NCBI GenBank assembly: GCA_016181765.1 | Contig: JACOYR010000001.1 | Span: 93,062-157,061, forward strand | Source of the DNA: Parcubacteria group bacterium | GTDB lineage: Bacteria; Patescibacteriota; Patescibacteriia; UBA2169 | Length of the DNA: 64,000 bases | Direction: 5' to 3' | Shown here: positions 47,731 through 58,382 of the stretch, in pieces | Layout of the letters: the number at the start of each line of letters is the position of its first letter | Position numbering within the stretch: the first letter of the stretch is position 1 | Translations under genes and position numbers: made by a program | Notes under the pieces: model-generated | Told to the model about the DNA's origin: nothing | Seen by the model: the letters and a program-made list of their open reading frames with translations, nothing else | The model's database searches: none

Positions 47731-48830
47731 ACGTTCTTCTTGTATAAATTCTTAATAACCCGGCATACGTGCATTATTTCGCTGTTAGGCATGTGCGAAT
47801 ACAGCGGGACATCCAGAATAGCGCGTGCGAGCCTGTTGGTTTCCGGCAAAGGCACATTTTTATACTTCACATAGACTTTCTTTTGGTGCAGCGGCGGATC
47901 AAAATATGCCTTGGTCTGAATATTGTTTTTCTTAAGTTCGGCAAGCAGTTGGTCGCGGGACGCGCCGAATTTTTTCTTATCAATTACTATTGCCAAGTCT
48001 TTGTATACCGAAAATGCATTAGGCAGCACTTCCTGGAAAGAAATCCCGGCAACTGACGCCAACTCTTCTTTGTAACGCGCGACTTTGGCGCGACGCTCCT
48101 TGATTGCCGTGCGCAAAATCTTCAACCCCTCAATACCCAGGATAGCACTCGGCTCGCTCATACGGGCAGACAACCCCAAAAACTCCTCATTCCGGTTAAA
48201 GCTGTCGCCGTTGTGCTTGGCAAGCTGCAGTTTGTGCGCCAGCTGCCTGTTGTTGGTTGCAATAAGCCCGCCTTCTGCAGTGGTGAGCAGCTTTGTCGGG
48301 GTGAGACTGTAAATGGCGGCATCGCCGAACTGGGCCACTGATTTTTTATTGTAGCGCGCCCCGAACGCGTGCGCGGCATCATAGATGACTTTAAGCTTGT
48401 GCTTTTTTGCGATACGCCCTATTGCCCTAATGTCGCACGGATTTCCAAACACGTGCGTGGGCATAATCGCGGATGTTTTTTTGGTGATCTTTTTCTCAAT
48501 GACGTCCGGATCCACGTTAAAAGTGCCGGGATCAACATCAACAAACACGGGCTTAAGGTTATTCCAGAGGAGCGTGTGACCACCTGATGTGAACGTAAAG
48601 CTCGGAAGTATGACTTCGCCTTTCAAATCCATGCACTTGAGCGTTAAAAGAAGCGCGCTGGTTCCGCTATTCACGGCAACAACGTGCTTTACGCCCAAAA
48701 AACGCGCGCAACGATCTTCGAATTCCCGAGTAAACTTAAATTCGGTAATCATGCCCGAGCGGAACATCTCCTCCATCTTTTTATGTATTGATGAGAGGTC
48801 GGGTAAATTTGGTCTGGTGAGTGGAATCAT
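47727..48830 (-). CDS. DegT/DnrJ/EryC1/StrS aminotransferase
   Basis: NSGTSAL, DAAHAFG, PTKLLTTAEGG. Confidence 0.92.
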   Translation of the reverse strand: MIPLTRPNLPDLSSIHKKMEEMFRSGMITEFKFTREFEDRCARFLGVKHVVAVNSGTSALLLTLKCMDLKGEVILPSFTFTSGGHTLLWNNLKPVFVDVDPGTFNVDPDVIEKKITKKTSAIMPTHVFGNPCDIRAIGRIAKKHKLKVIYDAAHAFGARYNKKSVAQFGDAAIYSLTPTKLLTTAEGGLIATNNRQLAHKLQLAKHNGDSFNRNEEFLGLSARMSEPSAILGIEGLKILRTAIKERRAKVARYKEELASVAGISFQEVLPNAFSVYKDLAIVIDKKKFGASRDQLLAELKKNNIQTKAYFDPPLHQKKVYVKYKNVPLPETNRLARAILDVPLYSHMPNSEIMHVCRVIKNLYKKNV

Positions 48831-48835
48831 AATAG

Positions 48836-49987
48836 TTAGTAGGTTATTTTTTTATGGAGTAATGCTTCGTCAATTTTTACTGTATCCAGTATGTCGACGA
48901 TTTTTTTTGCCGCATGTCCGTCTCCGTAAGGGCTCTTAAGGTGTTTGACCTTTCGCAGAAACCGCGTATCATGCAACGCTTTTTTTATCGCTTTTCGTAT
49001 GTGCTCCTTATTATAATCCACATCAATAACGTTTCCGGCGCGCTCTCTGCCGCCCTGCCGCGGACCAATGTTGACCGCAGGAACTCTGAATGAGGGCGCC
49101 TCTATAATTGCCGAGGATGAATTCCCCACAATAACTGAAGTGTGCTTCAGCAACCCAAGGTAATCTTCGAAAGGCACGTTTTTGTACGCATGCATAAACG
49201 GAAGCTTCTCAAATGCTTTTATGTCGCTCACCATGCGCCGGGCATAGGTATCTGAATTCGGATATACCACAATACTTGCCACATCCAGTTCCTTAAGCGC
49301 CCCCAAGGTCATGCGCATTTCATGCGGAGGTGCGCCGAATTCAAGCGTTAATGGATGCTGAATCACTAATGCATATGGTTTTCTAAAATCAATCTTATAC
49401 TTTTTAGCAAGCTCATCTTTGCCTGGCAAGAGCGCGTGCAGAATGGTATCCAGCGCAGGCGACCCGGTTCGGTGGACGCGCCATGGCTCTTCCCCCAGCT
49501 TTTTAATCCGCTCCGCGGATTGCTTAGTGCACGCAAAGTGGATATGCGAAAACTTGGTAATGGAAAAACGGATTGCCTCATCAATATGGCCGCCGGTTGC
49601 CACCTCTCCGCCGGCTATGTGCGCAACTGGAATATCGGAACAGAGCCCGGCAACTGCTGCGGCAAACGGCTCTTCCCGGTCTCCAAGCACCACAACGATA
49701 TCCGGCTTCAGGCGTTTAAAAATCTTGGTAAACTGGATTATGCCCGTTCCGGCGGACTGCGCCATGCGCGCGCCGGTGTCGCCCGTAAGGAGTGTATTAA
49801 ATGTTGCTGCAACTCGAAAACCGTCTTTCTTAATTTCGTTGATAGTGTAGCCAAACTGTTTCGAAAGATGCATGCCGCCAACCACGAGCTGCAGTTTAAG
49901 GCGGGGATGTTTTTGAATGGCAGAAAGCACGGGCTTTAAAATGCCATATTCAGACCGCGCTCCGGTTATGACTGCTATTTTTCTCAT
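48836..49987 (-). CDS. neuC: Hydrolysing UDP-GlcNAc 2-epimerase (copy 2)
   Basis: TGARSEYG, LGDREE, GNSSS. Confidence 0.9.
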   Translation of the reverse strand: MRKIAVITGARSEYGILKPVLSAIQKHPRLKLQLVVGGMHLSKQFGYTINEIKKDGFRVAATFNTLLTGDTGARMAQSAGTGIIQFTKIFKRLKPDIVVVLGDREEPFAAAVAGLCSDIPVAHIAGGEVATGGHIDEAIRFSITKFSHIHFACTKQSAERIKKLGEEPWRVHRTGSPALDTILHALLPGKDELAKKYKIDFRKPYALVIQHPLTLEFGAPPHEMRMTLGALKELDVASIVVYPNSDTYARRMVSDIKAFEKLPFMHAYKNVPFEDYLGLLKHTSVIVGNSSSAIIEAPSFRVPAVNIGPRQGGRERAGNVIDVDYNKEHIRKAIKKALHDTRFLRKVKHLKSPYGDGHAAKKIVDILDTVKIDEALLHKKITY

Positions 49988-50670
49988 AGTGTTTGGCTAA
50001 GTATCTCGCGGCTTTTTGGCCCACAATTAAAGAGTAAATCTACAATGGACATATTTGGCGCAAAACCGTCCTGGGGAAACTGCTGTTCATACACGGGATG
50101 GTTGAAATCTTGGAACTCGACTGCTATGCCTTCTTCTTCAAATCTCTTTAAATCCATATAATTTTTTCCACCTTCCCCGGAAAGGTAGAAATCTGCATTC
50201 ACTTTTTTGCAGATAGTAATAAGCAACTCTGTGCTTTTGCCCTCAACTCCGAGCTCGGATGATTTTTGAATGGGAACCGCTATATCCAGCATGCTCATAA
50301 GGTACTGCATCAGGTGCATATCAAGATCGGAAATATTTTGCCAGTCGCGGCTAAAGGTCTCCGTAAAAAAATCTGCATGCTTTTTAAAGAAAGGGGCGTT
50401 CGCATAATTATGCTGCAGCGTAAGCAAATGCTCACGTTTCCAGTCCGTCTGGTTATTGATTAGCACCGTGTTAATAGAGCTTCGGTGAAATTTGTGCATA
50501 ATGGGAACAGTCAGCCAATGGGTTCCATGCGGAGTCTTAATCCGATTCCGGTTAATGAACCCGCGCTGGTACTGAACATGGTCCAGTGCAACATACAAAT
50601 CACACGTGGTGAGTTTGTCGAAAAATCCAAGCCACGGGAGATACTCTGGTTGGTGAATGACGATCTTCAT
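49984..50670 (-). CDS. WbqC family protein
   Basis: HQPEYLPWLG, NRNRI, SIVDLLFN. Confidence 0.9.
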   Translation of the reverse strand: MKIVIHQPEYLPWLGFFDKLTTCDLYVALDHVQYQRGFINRNRIKTPHGTHWLTVPIMHKFHRSSINTVLINNQTDWKREHLLTLQHNYANAPFFKKHADFFTETFSRDWQNISDLDMHLMQYLMSMLDIAVPIQKSSELGVEGKSTELLITICKKVNADFYLSGEGGKNYMDLKRFEEEGIAVEFQDFNHPVYEQQFPQDGFAPNMSIVDLLFNCGPKSREILSQTL

Positions 50671-51599
50671 ACATTGTACTTTTTAAGTTCGCCGATATAT
50701 TGCTGTAATCCTTTATCCAGCGGCGTGGGCTTGAATCCCAGCAATCGTTTTGCCTTGGCAATATCAAAATAGAAGTGTGATGCGGGATTTTTAGCCAGCT
50801 TTGTGCCACATACAATGTTGGAGGCAGATTTGCTTATCCGAATAATTTTCTCCGCCAATTCTTTTATATTCACCTCTTTGCCGCTGCCGATATTAATGAT
50901 TTCAAACCCGAGCGTCCCTGCCTTTTTAAACGCCTGCTCATTTGCGCGGGCAATGTCCGGCGCGCTTACAATGTCCCAGTTGATATTATTATCAATCTTG
51001 ATTGGCGCGTCTTGGAGCGCATTGCTGGTAAAGTTTGCCAGCGCGCCCCAGTATCGCCGTAGGCCGTACGCGCCGACATACCGCAGTACGACAACATTGA
51101 TGCTGTGCGTTTTCGCGTAAAACTCGCACGACTGCTCTCCGAGCAGTTTGGTAAAACTGTAAAAATCATACGGCCGCGCCGGATGGGTTTCGCGGACCGG
51201 CAATTCTGTAACGCCGGTTCCGTATATACTCATTGAAGAACTATACACAAACGTTTTCACGCCGTGCAGCCTGCACGCCTCCAACAGATTGAGCGTGCCC
51301 TGCACATTTGCCTTAAAAAACGACTGAACGCTCTCTATTGGTTTTGGGGAATGCAGAGCCGCAACATGCACCACGCCCGCCGGCTGAATGCGTTTAACAA
51401 TGTTCGATACAGACCGAGCATTGGCAATATCGACCTTTGCAAGTTTAAAATTCTTTTTATACTCAAGATGGCGCGCCTTTTCTTTGGTGCTGTGGTAGAG
51501 CCCAACAACCGAATACCCTGCATTCACGAAACGCTCGCAAACATGGGACCCGAGGAATCCGCCGACACCGGTTATGAGTATTGTTTTCTTATTTGCCAT
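50667..51599 (-). CDS. NAD-dependent epimerase/dehydratase
   Basis: TGVGGFLG, YSFTK. Confidence 0.88.
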   Translation of the reverse strand: MANKKTILITGVGGFLGSHVCERFVNAGYSVVGLYHSTKEKARHLEYKKNFKLAKVDIANARSVSNIVKRIQPAGVVHVAALHSPKPIESVQSFFKANVQGTLNLLEACRLHGVKTFVYSSSMSIYGTGVTELPVRETHPARPYDFYSFTKLLGEQSCEFYAKTHSINVVVLRYVGAYGLRRYWGALANFTSNALQDAPIKIDNNINWDIVSAPDIARANEQAFKKAGTLGFEIINIGSGKEVNIKELAEKIIRISKSASNIVCGTKLAKNPASHFYFDIAKAKRLLGFKPTPLDKGLQQYIGELKKYNV

Positions 51600-52659
51600 A
51601 GTGCTTTTTGGTAAGTAACATATCAGCAGCAATGTCCTTTACTGCCTGTTTCCCAAGCAACACGGAATAATAACGCGGCGGCAATCCAGTCCCCGGCCGT
51701 TTAATTCCGATGTTTGTCCGCGTAAAGCGCTCGCCTTTTTTTATAACGGCCGTCGTAACCAAACTTTTCCGTGCGTTTTTAATCATGGGGATTTCGCAGA
51801 CAACCGGCTTTTTTTGGGATGATCCAAGTATGGCCGGAGTTTCGTGGATCGCACTCACCATACAAGCAAATTCTTCCGGCTCAAGGGACGCGGCATGGTC
51901 CGGGCCCTCTGCCTGTTTGTCGAGGGTGAGATGTTTTTCGATAACACATGCCCCGAGTGCTGCCGCCATAATCGGCACATGGATGCCGAGCGTATGGTCG
52001 GAATACCCAACTAATACGCCTAATTCATGCATCATGGTTTGCATTGCCGCAAGATTAACATCGCCTAAAGGGCATGGATAGCTGGTTGTGCAATGTAAAG
52101 CAATAATCTTATCATTCCCCGCTTTCTTAATGCATTGAATGGCATCCTTAACTTCTTGTAAGGTCGACATTCCAGTTCCCAATATCATTGGTTTTTTAAA
52201 TTTAGCAGCATATTCCAAAACCGGTAAATTCGCAAGATCGCCGGAGCCTATTTTAAATGCTTTAACGCCGAGCCTTTGCAAAAAATCAACTGATGAGAAT
52301 CCACTTCCCGGGGTTGATAAAAATAGTATGCCGCGCTTTTTACAGCGTTTGATTATTTTTTCATAATACTCTTCTTTAAGCTCCAGCGGACGCAGCATTT
52401 CCAATTGGCTTTGCTTTTTACCGATATTTTTTTTCTGGTATGCAGCCATAGGAACGCTTGCAGTTGTCACTTCCGCGGCCTTAAACGTCTGGAACTTTAC
52501 AGCATCAGCGCCGGCAATGGCCGCGGCATCCACGAGCCGTAATGCCACATCAAGCTTTCCGTTGTGGTTGACCCCTGCCTCGGCAATAATAAAAGTAGGA
52601 TGGCCATATCCGACTTTTTTTCTTCCTATCTTGATAGTTTGTGCGCGTGCGTGCTTCAT
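51589..52659 (-). CDS. neuB: Nonulosonate synthase, NeuB family (copy 2, canonical)
   Basis: AEAGVNHNG, AVKFQTF, GYSDHT, KRPGTG. Confidence 0.92.
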   Translation of the reverse strand: MKHARAQTIKIGRKKVGYGHPTFIIAEAGVNHNGKLDVALRLVDAAAIAGADAVKFQTFKAAEVTTASVPMAAYQKKNIGKKQSQLEMLRPLELKEEYYEKIIKRCKKRGILFLSTPGSGFSSVDFLQRLGVKAFKIGSGDLANLPVLEYAAKFKKPMILGTGMSTLQEVKDAIQCIKKAGNDKIIALHCTTSYPCPLGDVNLAAMQTMMHELGVLVGYSDHTLGIHVPIMAAALGACVIEKHLTLDKQAEGPDHAASLEPEEFACMVSAIHETPAILGSSQKKPVVCEIPMIKNARKSLVTTAVIKKGERFTRTNIGIKRPGTGLPPRYYSVLLGKQAVKDIAADMLLTKKHYGK

Positions 52660-53660
52660 ACGGTAATTCGTTTTCCTGTTCGCGAACTTTCTTCTAAAGC
52701 AAACATGGTTTTAAGCAGTTGGCTGTTCTCTTTAAAAGTGTAAGGATATTCTCCTTGACTGTTAATAGCGTCCACGAAGATTTTAATTTCCTCATTATAC
52801 ATCTCTTCTTCGTTGACATAGCCTTTTTCTGGATGTCCTTTGGGCACGGAAATTATTTCGGTCTTTTTTGATTCCGCGTCATACACGCGAATCTCCGAAT
52901 CAAACCGCTCCCACTCAAGAATACCTTCCGAGCCCAACACGCGCAACGTCCGAAACGGCTTGCGGGAAATAACGTCGATCATAATATTTCCCCTAATCCC
53001 GTTTTCGTATTTGATATTTGCCATAAACATATCATCCGCCTCCATGTCCAGATCAGAAACTTTTTCCACGGATCCTGAAATTTCTGCAACAGCTGAACCC
53101 ATCAGCCAATTAAGCAAAATCAGCTCAAATGGAAGCATTTCGCGGCACGCGCCGGTTTCTTTTTTAGAAAAATACACCTCGCGATAATCCTCCCATGGGT
53201 GCCAATCCGGCAGGTACTGGCCCATATGATATTGAAACGCCAAAATTTTACCGATTCTGCCTTCTTCTAAAATATTTTTCATCATCTTAATCGGGGTATA
53301 AAAACGCATAGTACACGAAGGCGCTTTGATAATATCCAAATCCGCGGATTTAAAAATGTCTTCATAACCATCATCATTAACCGGATGCTCAACAAAAAAG
53401 TGTTTGTTATGCTTGAGCGCGAAACGGATGTAATCCCCGTGCGCCTCCGGAGATGTCGAAATAATCACCACATCAAAATCATCCGGGGAAATATCTTTAA
53501 AATCGGCAATGATTTTGATTCCGTATTTTGACTTTGCTTCCTCGTTCCGATCAGGGCGGATATCAAAGCCAACGATATCGCGCTCGTTGTTCGCGAGTAG
53601 GTTCCGAATCCTGCGTTTTCCCATGGACCCCAAGCCCACGATTAAAAATCTCAATTTCAT
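52656..53660 (-). CDS. Gfo/Idh/MocA oxidoreductase
   Basis: GLGSMG, EHP, YLPDWHPWEDYR; AT-rich. Confidence 0.88.
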   Translation of the reverse strand: MKLRFLIVGLGSMGKRRIRNLLANNERDIVGFDIRPDRNEEAKSKYGIKIIADFKDISPDDFDVVIISTSPEAHGDYIRFALKHNKHFFVEHPVNDDGYEDIFKSADLDIIKAPSCTMRFYTPIKMMKNILEEGRIGKILAFQYHMGQYLPDWHPWEDYREVYFSKKETGACREMLPFELILLNWLMGSAVAEISGSVEKVSDLDMEADDMFMANIKYENGIRGNIMIDVISRKPFRTLRVLGSEGILEWERFDSEIRVYDAESKKTEIISVPKGHPEKGYVNEEEMYNEEIKIFVDAINSQGEYPYTFKENSQLLKTMFALEESSRTGKRITV

Positions 53661-54373
53661 ATCCGTTTAATGCGCGCTTTAATGCTCTTTCTGTTCTTAA
53701 ACAAAAGTTCCGCGACCACCCAATCCTCCGGAGTATCCAAATCAACCGAACGCCACGCAGCGCAGACAACGGCCTTGGTGTGTTTGGTAACCACCTGTTT
53801 TTCTTTCAAAAGCGCCTTTACTTTAACAATATACACAAAACAACCATTCAATAAATATCCCTTAGGCCAATCTTGTGCGTTAGTTGACGGGTGTGCTGAT
53901 TTATTCGCCAGAACTATATTTTGCTTGCTGTCCAAATGGTACAACCGGGGATGCGTAGGGCATACAGTAAGCACGGTGGTTGCGTTTGAGTCCCGCATAA
54001 GCTTCCATGAGCGCGCAATATCTTCCATCTCGCGCAGCGGCGAGGTCGTCTGCAGAATCATAACGTGCGTGGGCTCGTACCCCTCTTCCTTTTTGAGCCA
54101 GGCAAGTAGGTACAAAATCGCATCCACGCCCTGCGACGTGTCCTGCGCCAGGCGCTTGGGCCGCAAAAACGGGGCCTCCGCACCGAGCTTTTTTGCCAAC
54201 GCGGCAATCTTCGGCGAATCCGTATCAACAATCACCCGATCGGCGAACTTCACTTTTCTTGCCTGCTCAATAGTGTACGCAATAAGCGGCCTGCCTAAAA
54301 ACGGGCGGATATTCTTACGCGGAATCCGCTTGGAGCCGTAGCGTGCCGGAATGATAATAAGTAGCTTATGCAT
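53657..54373 (-). CDS. neuA: Acylneuraminate cytidylyltransferase (copy 2)
   Basis: PARYGSKRIPRKN, LQTTSPLR, SVDLDT. Confidence 0.9.
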   Translation of the reverse strand: MHKLLIIIPARYGSKRIPRKNIRPFLGRPLIAYTIEQARKVKFADRVIVDTDSPKIAALAKKLGAEAPFLRPKRLAQDTSQGVDAILYLLAWLKKEEGYEPTHVMILQTTSPLREMEDIARSWKLMRDSNATTVLTVCPTHPRLYHLDSKQNIVLANKSAHPSTNAQDWPKGYLLNGCFVYIVKVKALLKEKQVVTKHTKAVVCAAWRSVDLDTPEDWVVAELLFKNRKSIKARIKRI

Positions 54374-56059
54374 GTTTGATAATCAATGTTGTATTAAGCA
54401 GCAACGCATCCAAACCGGAATTGGTGAATGTATGCCAGGCATCTTCCGCGTTTCGCACAATGGGCTCTCCGTGCAGATTGAACGACGTATTCAGCAGCGC
54501 GCCGATGCCCGTCTTCTTCTCAAAATCCCGGATCAGCCCGTAGTAGTCCGGATTTGCTTCCTGGGTCACCATCTGCGGGCGCACCGTAAAATCCGCCGGG
54601 TGAATGGCCGCGGCAAGGTGCTCCTGCCCGAGCGGCGTGGTGTCGAACGCTATGGTCATGTACGGCGATTCAATGCCTTTCGGGTTCATCAGATAGTCAT
54701 TGGCGCGGTAATCCAGAATACTTGGCGTAAACGGCATCCAGAAATCCCTGAATTTTATTTTCTCGTTTATCAGCCGGATATTGTCGTAATTGGAGGGATT
54801 GCAGAGAATGGAACGATTTCCAAGCGCGCGTGCGCCAAATTCCATTGGTCCAACGCACCGCGCAACCACCTTATTGTCCACCAACAAATCCGCAATAACG
54901 TCTGTTGAGGTATTTTCTATGACTGCATACGAATTTCTGATGTGATATTTCTCAATCAACGCGGCCACCTCATCATCCGGCAAAGAAAAACCCAGATAAC
55001 CGTGGGAAAGCGGATTAACGGCAATATTGCGCTCCACACACACTGAATACGCGGCCCCAATGGCTGTTGACTCATCTCCCCCGCTCGGCGGCACAAAAAA
55101 ATTTTTAAGTCGTGGTATGCCCGCAATCGCCTGGTTGGTTTTAACATTCATGGAAAGCCCGCCGCTGTACGCCAAACTATCAACCTCCAAATGGTCCAGA
55201 ATGTTTGTCATCCACTCGACAACTAGTTCATCAACCCATTTCTGGAGTCCGGCGGCAATGCCGTCAAAACGCATTCCCTCAAGCTTTTCCCTAAAATAAA
55301 AGTACAAATCAGGCGGCTTATTATACCATTTGAAATCAATTCCGTCAACTACCAAAGTCTCTTTAAAAACTTTATATGCCGGCTCCATAATATAATCTTT
55401 TGCATACGGCGCAAGCCCCATGACTTTATATTCGTGCTCAAACGGCTTCATGCCCAAAATAAGGGTTACATAGCGGTAAATGCGCGCAAGGTTGCACATG
55501 TTGATTCCGTGGACTTTCTCCAGTTTTCCGTTTTCCGCGCGCCAGATGGTTGCGTTCTCTCCGTCGCCCCAGCCGTCGGCAGTAACCACTGCCGCAGGAG
55601 TGGTTTTGTCGATATTGGAAGCGTAATACGCAAACGAAGCATGGCAACGATGATGGTTATCGTTTCCAGGAAACCTAAATCATAGTACTGGTTTTCAAGA
55701 TTTTGGAATCGGGGTTCCCGCATAATCTTCTCCCAAAACGTTGAGGGCTTTTTTTCTATCAGTAGCGGTTTCCAATGCTCATGCATTTCCCGGACATAAT
55801 CCGCAATTTTAAATGTGGTAATCCGTTTGATCTTAAAATCAATAGGGCTTAAGGGCAGCGCGGATGTGTACACCACATAATCAATATCAGGGCCGGCCAA
55901 ACCGGTTTCCGCAAGCGCCCGCCGGATAGTCTGGTGCGGATAGCCAACATCATTTTTCAAACGCGTAATGCGCTCCTCGGATGCGGCATACAGAACCCTG
56001 CCGTCTTTGATGAGGGCGGCGGTTGCGTTGTGATTTTCGTTGATTCCAAGGACAATCAT
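54366..56059 (-). pseudogene. Carbamoyltransferase (NodU/CmcH family), frameshifted near 55660
   Basis: N-part HNATAAL...EER in one frame; HHRCHA, DGWGD, MGLAPY, GARALGNRS, NTSFN in another. Confidence 0.8.
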
Positions 56060-56089
56060 ATACTTGTTAGGATTGGTTTAATGAATTAA

Positions 56090-57523
56090 TTATGCCGGTA
56101 GGCGCTTCCGCGAGCCATCTTCTAATATTTCATCTAAATAATCAACCATTCTCCGGGAAGATTTCCCGTCTACTTTATAACAAAGTTTCTCGCGCAATAA
56201 TGCCCTTTCTTGCGCTTTGTGTGTCGGGTTGTGCAAGTAGCCGTCTATCGCTTCTTTTAATGCGGCTGGAGTGTCCACTTTTGTTGTTGCTTCTGTTTCT
56301 AATACCCAAGTAAAATGATCAGAATCATACATCGTTGAAGTAATGTCTTTCCCGTTTCTATCCCCATCCTCATAGACGCAACCAAAACCAATGTTTATGA
56401 TTGGCTTATCAAAACAGGCGGCATCTAGTGTTAGCGTAGAAGCGGCATTAATCATAATATCACAGTGATAAAGCGTATTAACAAAATCAATGATTTCTTC
56501 CTTGTCTGGATCCCACCTATCCGGCATAAAATCAACTATCCGGTAGTCGTCTACGGCAACTCCTTTTTTATTTCGTAATTTTTTAAAAATATCCATATAT
56601 GCGTTAGTGTAATGGGCTCGCACCACTAATTGGCAAGGTTTTGTTAATTCGTTATTTGTCATCCATCCATATATCATTTCCGCAACTTCGTGGTCGCGTG
56701 TCGCCCAAACGCCCTCGGAGCCGAAAAAAATTAATGGAAGCGCCGGATCCAGGCCTTTCTTTTTAAAATGTTCTTCGCGGCTTTTAATAATATCTTCCCG
56801 AACATACCAATCAAACTGAGGAATGCCAACAATACGCACTCTTCTGGCAGGAATATTCTGCAGGTAAACTCCGGCATCTCTTGATGGTTTGTTTGGAACA
56901 ATAAAATAATCCGGCAAAAATTGCATGTATCCCACTGTTATATTGTCCCAACTTTTTGGCATGGAAACTACCGGAATCCTTCTCCGTTTCGCTTCTTTTA
57001 TGAAACTGGTATCCAGGTAAGACACAAAAGATGTGGAAAGTGCTATATTCGGCTTATATGTATCAAAATAAAATTGAATTTGGGGATGTTTTTGCGCAAA
57101 AAACTTTTGTTCTATAAACCGGTATAAATGTTTTATAGTTGTACTTTTACTCATGAGTATTAAATAAAGGTAACGCAGCCAAGGGATAATTTTTGTCTGT
57201 TTCAAAAATTTTTTTGAGGCAAAACGGGTTTTGGCGTTTTCATTAAAATCAAACGCGGAATGTTTCGCTGATTTGCTTAAAAGCAGATACCTAAAACTAA
57301 ATTTCGTAAATATGCGGTGCAATCGTGTTGAAGCAACCTGAACCGGAACTAATGTTACCTGATCATCTTCAAATTCATCTTTCAAATACGCAGGTATCTT
57401 CTTGGCTGGAAAAAAAACAAAAACACTGTAACCCTTCTTTTTAAGCAAATCCAACACTCCGCAACGCAAAATGTTTCTGGTGATGAATGATCTGGTAATG
57501 GTGATAAAAATCGTTTTCCGCAT
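56090..57523 (-). CDS. GT-B protein of CDP-glycerol glycerophosphotransferase-like family (copy 2)
   Basis: PKSWDN, GIPQFD, STLTLDA; paralogue of 44163-45557; AT-rich. Confidence 0.75.
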   Translation of the reverse strand: MRKTIFITITRSFITRNILRCGVLDLLKKKGYSVFVFFPAKKIPAYLKDEFEDDQVTLVPVQVASTRLHRIFTKFSFRYLLLSKSAKHSAFDFNENAKTRFASKKFLKQTKIIPWLRYLYLILMSKSTTIKHLYRFIEQKFFAQKHPQIQFYFDTYKPNIALSTSFVSYLDTSFIKEAKRRRIPVVSMPKSWDNITVGYMQFLPDYFIVPNKPSRDAGVYLQNIPARRVRIVGIPQFDWYVREDIIKSREEHFKKKGLDPALPLIFFGSEGVWATRDHEVAEMIYGWMTNNELTKPCQLVVRAHYTNAYMDIFKKLRNKKGVAVDDYRIVDFMPDRWDPDKEEIIDFVNTLYHCDIMINAASTLTLDAACFDKPIINIGFGCVYEDGDRNGKDITSTMYDSDHFTWVLETEATTKVDTPAALKEAIDGYLHNPTHKAQERALLREKLCYKVDGKSSRRMVDYLDEILEDGSRKRLPA

Positions 57524-57524
57524 A

Positions 57525-58373
57525 TTATAATGCCTCCAGCACAAACCCCACTTTGCGATGGCCGAATCCGCCCATGTTAAACGGCACGAGTAGCTCTACA
57601 TCGCCAACGTCGTTTTTGAGCGCGCGATTATCTGGAGTGTCTGTTTTTATGGCAACGCGGGAGAGGAGCTTAAATCCCGACTCGATAAAAAAATGTTCTA
57701 ATTCTTGATAGCGCCACTCATGCTCGCCGTTGTCGCGACGCGTCAAGGTCATGTTTTCATCAAGGTAATTTTTCCGCAGATACTCTTTGTCGTACACAAT
57801 ATTGAGCATACGCTCAATTTCCGAATCAGGAGTGCTGTTGTTGTGCGCTCGGTCGATAATAACAAGCCTGCCTCCCTTTTTAAGCACGCGGCGGCACTCG
57901 GAAAGTGTTTTCACGGGCTCGTACGAATGGTGGATGGAATCCCAGGAAACCGCAAAATCCATGCTCGCGTCCGGAAGCTCCAGATTGTTAAAGTCCCCAA
58001 CCACGGAAACAATTTTATCCGCGCGGTCGCCAAGAATGCTTTGTTTGATAATGGGCTGGCACAGCTTAACCAGCTCTTCGGTGTATTCCACGCAATGGAT
58101 GTCTTTAACTTCTTCTTTCCGCGCGATGATGGAGGAAATGCACGCAATACCGCCGCCCAGATCCACACCGCGGCCTTGAAAACTATCCCATGCCAATGGA
58201 AGGAGTTTGAATGTCTTTTCCACATCCTCGGGGGTAATAAAAATATATTGGATAGCAATGTCGCGGTAATGCTTGCCCGCGAGTTCATGCGCCAAGGTCT
58301 TTCCAACCAAAAACTCATGCTCATTGATTGGCTGCTGAATTTTTTTCCAAACTTGGTAGGTGTTGTTTTGCAT
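57525..58373 (-). CDS. Class I SAM-dependent methyltransferase
   Basis: VDLGGG, SIHH, LKKGG. Confidence 0.82.
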   Translation of the reverse strand: MQNNTYQVWKKIQQPINEHEFLVGKTLAHELAGKHYRDIAIQYIFITPEDVEKTFKLLPLAWDSFQGRGVDLGGGIACISSIIARKEEVKDIHCVEYTEELVKLCQPIIKQSILGDRADKIVSVVGDFNNLELPDASMDFAVSWDSIHHSYEPVKTLSECRRVLKKGGRLVIIDRAHNNSTPDSEIERMLNIVYDKEYLRKNYLDENMTLTRRDNGEHEWRYQELEHFFIESGFKLLSRVAIKTDTPDNRALKNDVGDVELLVPFNMGGFGHRKVGFVLEAL

Positions 58374-58382
58374 ACGCACAAA

